From positions 1 through 33,827 of the forward strand of contig MRSU01002305.1 of NCBI GenBank assembly GCA_008369845.1: a stretch of DNA of 33,827 nt, read 5' to 3'. Origin of the DNA: Trichomonas gallinae (taxonomy: Eukaryota). The notes under the pieces were generated by a model. It worked only from the letters and a program-made list of their open reading frames with translations. It was not told the DNA's origin and did no database searches. Shown one piece after another: positions 30,671 through 33,827 of the stretch. The first letter of the stretch is position 1; each line of letters opens with the position of its first letter. Position numbers and translations under genes: made by a program.

Positions 30671-30736
30671 ACGATTATTTTGGATTCAATTAGCGATAAT
30701 TTTGAATTCAATTAGCGATTACTTGGAATTCAAATA
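30671..30736. repeat. Degenerate 22-bp tandem repeat, 3 copies
   Basis: acgattattttggattcaatta / gcgataattttgaattcaatta / gcgattacttggaattcaaata. Confidence 0.8.
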
Positions 30737-31829
30737 ATTTATTATCGATATCTACACTTCAGCTTAAAATCGGCTCATTTTTAAAATATAACATGGTGTA
30801 TGTATATATGGTTTACTGGCAAAGTTTGGAGCAAAAATACAAACTTCAAAAACCCTTGAGAATTATTTTGGCAGGAAACTGCTAAGGAGGAGTAGAAAAG
30901 ATTAAGTTTGTTTTATGGAGTCGGCCAAAAATGAAATCAAAAAAATCAATATGACCAAAATTTGGTTTATTCACTTTTGTGGGTGAAATCTAAATTCATT
31001 ATGTTGGCCTGATGCATGATATTCGGTGGATTCGCTTTAAAACGAGATATTTAATAACAGACAAAAATATTGCCATATTTATGGCTGGTATCATTGCTGC
31101 ATTCAACCTTGCTGTATCTGTAGTCGATTACGATATAGCAAAGTTTATTCTCGTTAAGATATGAATCAGGTTGATATCGATAGTGTTTTTATCTGGAAAT
31201 TTCCTGTAGTTTTGTCGATTTTTCGTGAGTGCAGTCTGATGTTGATATTATTATGATGCAACTGACAAAAAAATTTTTTTGAAATTTTTTTGTTGCTTTT
31301 CCGATCAAACTCTTTATCTTTTTCGATACATCATGCGCATCAATAACGTATTCTTTCATTTATTAAAACGTAATAGCAAGTAAAAATATTTTTGCTTTTA
31401 TTTGATTTGCAGAATATATTGTAATTAGTCAGAAATAGCTAATGCATGATGCATATTATCGATTTAATTAGTTGGTGATGATTTTAACAATAACATCGAT
31501 ACTGATTATGATTTTATCGCATTTTCTGCATGTTTTGATTGAACATTACAATAAATCTTCTGGTTTTATGTATATCTGCACATATTAAAGATGGTGAATC
31601 TCCTTGAATAATGCAGATAAAAAAATGAAAAAGTGATTTTAAACGTCTTTCATGTTACATTACATTATATAACTCTATATACATTAAATCTAATCAAAAT
31701 GGTAACTATTTATCAACTAATTTCATTCAACAAGCTTTAATTTAATTTTGATAATAAATTTTTGGTATTGAACAAATAGTAAAATTATCATGAAAAGGCG
31801 CGTTTAGATCAATAGAAATATATCAAAAT

Positions 31830-33827
31830 TTAAAAGAACGGATTCTTGCCAGATGAATTCGACGGCTGACCAAATGGTGAAGCATTGCTATTTGAAGGCT
31901 GACCGAATGGTGTTGCATTTGATGGCTGGCCGAATGTTGCATTAGAAGGTTGACCGAACGGCGAGGATGATGGCTGTCCAAACGGCGAAGATGATGGCTG
32001 GCCGAATGGGCTGCTTGCGAATGGATTATTAGAGCCGCCGAATGGATCATTGGATCCCTTCTGAGCCTTCTTGGAGAAGAATGGATCATCATCCGAGTTT
32101 TCTTGTTTGGCCTCTGGAGCTGGCTTTGAGAAGAATGGATCGTCCTTCTTGGCCTCTGGAGCTGGTGCTGGCTTCGAGAAGAATGGATCATCTTGCTTCG
32201 TCTCAGCTGCTTTCTTAGCTTCGGCGGCCTTCTTCTCTTCCTTGGCCTTCTTCTTTTCTTCATGGGCTTTCTTCTTCTCTTCATGCAATCTCTTCTTTTC
32301 TTCCTTAGCCTTCTTCTTCTCTTCATGCAATCTCTTCTTTTCTTCCTTAGCCTTCTTCTTCTCCTCTGAGTCCTTATCGTGCTTGTGATGCTTATCCTTG
32401 GATGCGGACTGAGATTCAGATGCTTCATCATCATTAGCTGGCTCTGGTTCTTCCTTCTTTGGTGGAGCAGCAAATGGATCTTCTTGTTTTGGTGGCTGGG
32501 CAAATGGATCTGATGACTTCTTTGGTGCAAATGGATCCTCACCTGGTTCTTCCTTCTTTGGTGGAGCAGCAAATGGATCTGATGACTTCTTTGGTGGTGA
32601 AGCGAATGGATCGTTTGCAGCTTGAGCTGCTTTAGGTGGAGCAGCGAATGGATCTTCTGATGGCTTTGGAGACTTCTTTGGAGCGAATGGGTCTTCTGAT
32701 GCTGGTGGAGTTGATTTTTCTGATGGTGGAGCGGCGAATGGATCCTGTGATGGTGGAGGTGTCTTCTTCGGTGGTGAAGCGAATGGATCCTCTGACCTCT
32801 TCGGTGGGGAAGCAAATGGATCCTCTGCAGCCTGAGCTGCCTTTGGAGGAGCGGCAAATGGATCTGTAGATGGCTGTGCCTTCTTTGGTGCAAATGGATC
32901 TTCCTTTGGTGGTTGAGCGAATGGATCCTCTTGCTTTGGTGGCTGGGCAAATGGATCTTCTTGTGGCTTTGGTTCCTCCTTTTGTGGCTGAGCAAATGGA
33001 TCCTCTGCAGCTGGTGGTGGAACAACAACCTTTGGCTTTGGTTCTTCTTTCTTCTTCTTGTCTTTCTTCTTATCATCCTTCTTCTTTGGCTCTGGCTCTT
33101 CATCATCTGAGTAATATGAGTATGAATAATATTCGTACTCTTCTGATTTCTTCTTATCTTCCTTCTTCTTGTCCTTCTTGTCTTTCTTATCCTTCTTTTC
33201 TGGCTTCTTTTCCTCCTTAGGTGGCTGAGCGAATGGATCCTCTGCTGGAATTGGAACAACTACTTGTGGCGCAGCAAATGGATCTTCCTGAGGTTTCTCT
33301 TCCTTCTTCGGCTCTTCCTCCTTTGGTGGCTGAGCAAATGGATCTTCTTGTGGCGTTGGTTCTTCTTCCTTCTTTGGCTCTTCCTCCTTTGGTGGAGCAG
33401 CAAATGGATCCTCGGCTGGTGGAGCAGACTCTTGCTGTGGCTGAGCGAATGGGTCCTCTGGTGGAAGCTCTCTTGAGACGACTGGAGCAGCAGCGAATGG
33501 ATCCTCCTCTGGCTCCTCCTTCTTCGGTGGAGCAGCGAATGGATCCTCTTGTGGCTTCTCTTCTTCCTTCGGCTTTTCTTCTTCTTTTGGCTTCTCTTCC
33601 TCCTTTGATGGTGTAGAGACGAATGGATCATTTGCTGCAATTGGAACAACTAATGGAGGTAGTGGGATAACGAATGGCTCCTTTGGCTTCTCCTCTTCCT
33701 TTGGTTCCTCTTCTTCCTTCGGTTGCTCTGCTGCAGCAAATGGATCATCTTGTGGCTTCTCTTCTTCCTTTGGCTGTTCTGCTGCAGCAAATGGATCCTC
33801 TTGTGGCTTCTCTTCTTCCTTTGGCTG
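31830..33827 (-). CDS. 5'-truncated DPF-repeat protein (Eps15-tail-like putative endocytic accessory protein)
   Basis: The frame ending KNPFF* at 31830 appears open to the window edge (QPKEEEKPQEDPFAAAEQ...). About 29 DPF motifs by manual count, then (S/T)PFGQPS repeats and two NPF. The track reports only the last 166 aa, from an internal TTG. Confidence 0.88.
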   Translation of the reverse strand, partial: QPKEEEKPQEDPFAAAEQPKEEEKPQDDPFAAAEQPKEEEEPKEEEKPKEPFVIPLPPLVVPIAANDPFVSTPSKEEEKPKEEEKPKEEEKPQEDPFAAPPKKEEPEEDPFAAAPVVSRELPPEDPFAQPQQESAPPAEDPFAAPPKEEEPKKEEEPTPQEDPFAQPPKEEEPKKEEKPQEDPFAAPQVVVPIPAEDPFAQPPKEEKKPEKKDKKDKKDKKKEDKKKSEEYEYYSYSYYSDDEEPEPKKKDDKKKDKKKKEEPKPKVVVPPPAAEDPFAQPQKEEPKPQEDPFAQPPKQEDPFAQPPKEDPFAPKKAQPSTDPFAAPPKAAQAAEDPFASPPKRSEDPFASPPKKTPPPSQDPFAAPPSEKSTPPASEDPFAPKKSPKPSEDPFAAPPKAAQAANDPFASPPKKSSDPFAAPPKKEEPGEDPFAPKKSSDPFAQPPKQEDPFAAPPKKEEPEPANDDEASESQSASKDKHHKHDKDSEEKKKAKEEKKRLHEEKKKAKEEKKRLHEEKKKAHEEKKKAKEEKKAAEAKKAAETKQDDPFFSKPAPAPEAKKDDPFFSKPAPEAKQENSDDDPFFSKKAQKGSNDPFGGSNNPFASSPFGQPSSSPFGQPSSSPFGQPSNATFGQPSNATPFGQPSNSNASPFGQPSNSSGKNPFF

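Noticed and set aside
30780..31800. Possible ankyrin-like relic (AFNLAVSVVDYDIAKFIL near 31080-31160)
   Set aside because: A single short, weak match that could be chance.
31823..33649. 478-aa and 129-aa minus-strand ORFs (RIHSL/QRIH repeats) and + strand MDP/MDL ORFs
   Set aside because: Frame-shifted or antisense shadows of the DPF-repeat frame, which has coherent motifs and a proper stop.

Overview
AT-rich, gene-dense, apparently intron-free eukaryotic DNA that looks like a trichomonad (Trichomonas vaginalis-like parabasalid). This is inferred from DUF3447/ankyrin paralogues, TCA(C/T)T initiators close to the ATG, and decayed gene relics in long spacers. About 18 intact-looking protein genes are supported: a 1+7-TM Wntless/TMEM181-like protein, two DUF3447/ankyrin proteins, an XRCC3-like Rad51 paralogue, an Oca6-like pseudophosphatase, a tetraspanin-like protein, SRP9, an MFS sugar transporter, an endosulfine, a degenerate Myb/HTH protein, a MOCOS-like probable pseudoenzyme, a mucin-like surface protein, three low-complexity motif-array proteins (D-[D/S]-F acidic, ER/K-helix CaaX, and a 5'-truncated DPF/NPF protein) and three hypotheticals. 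There is also a two-RRM gene broken by one in-frame TAA. The most striking unexplained structure is non-coding: a pseudo-palindromic TGACATGTAA(A) motif lies just upstream of many genes, often in arrays phased at about 19-23 bp with about 83-86 bp higher-order units. No RNA genes, CRISPR arrays or recognisable transposons were seen. All family calls come from motif recognition by eye, not database searches.
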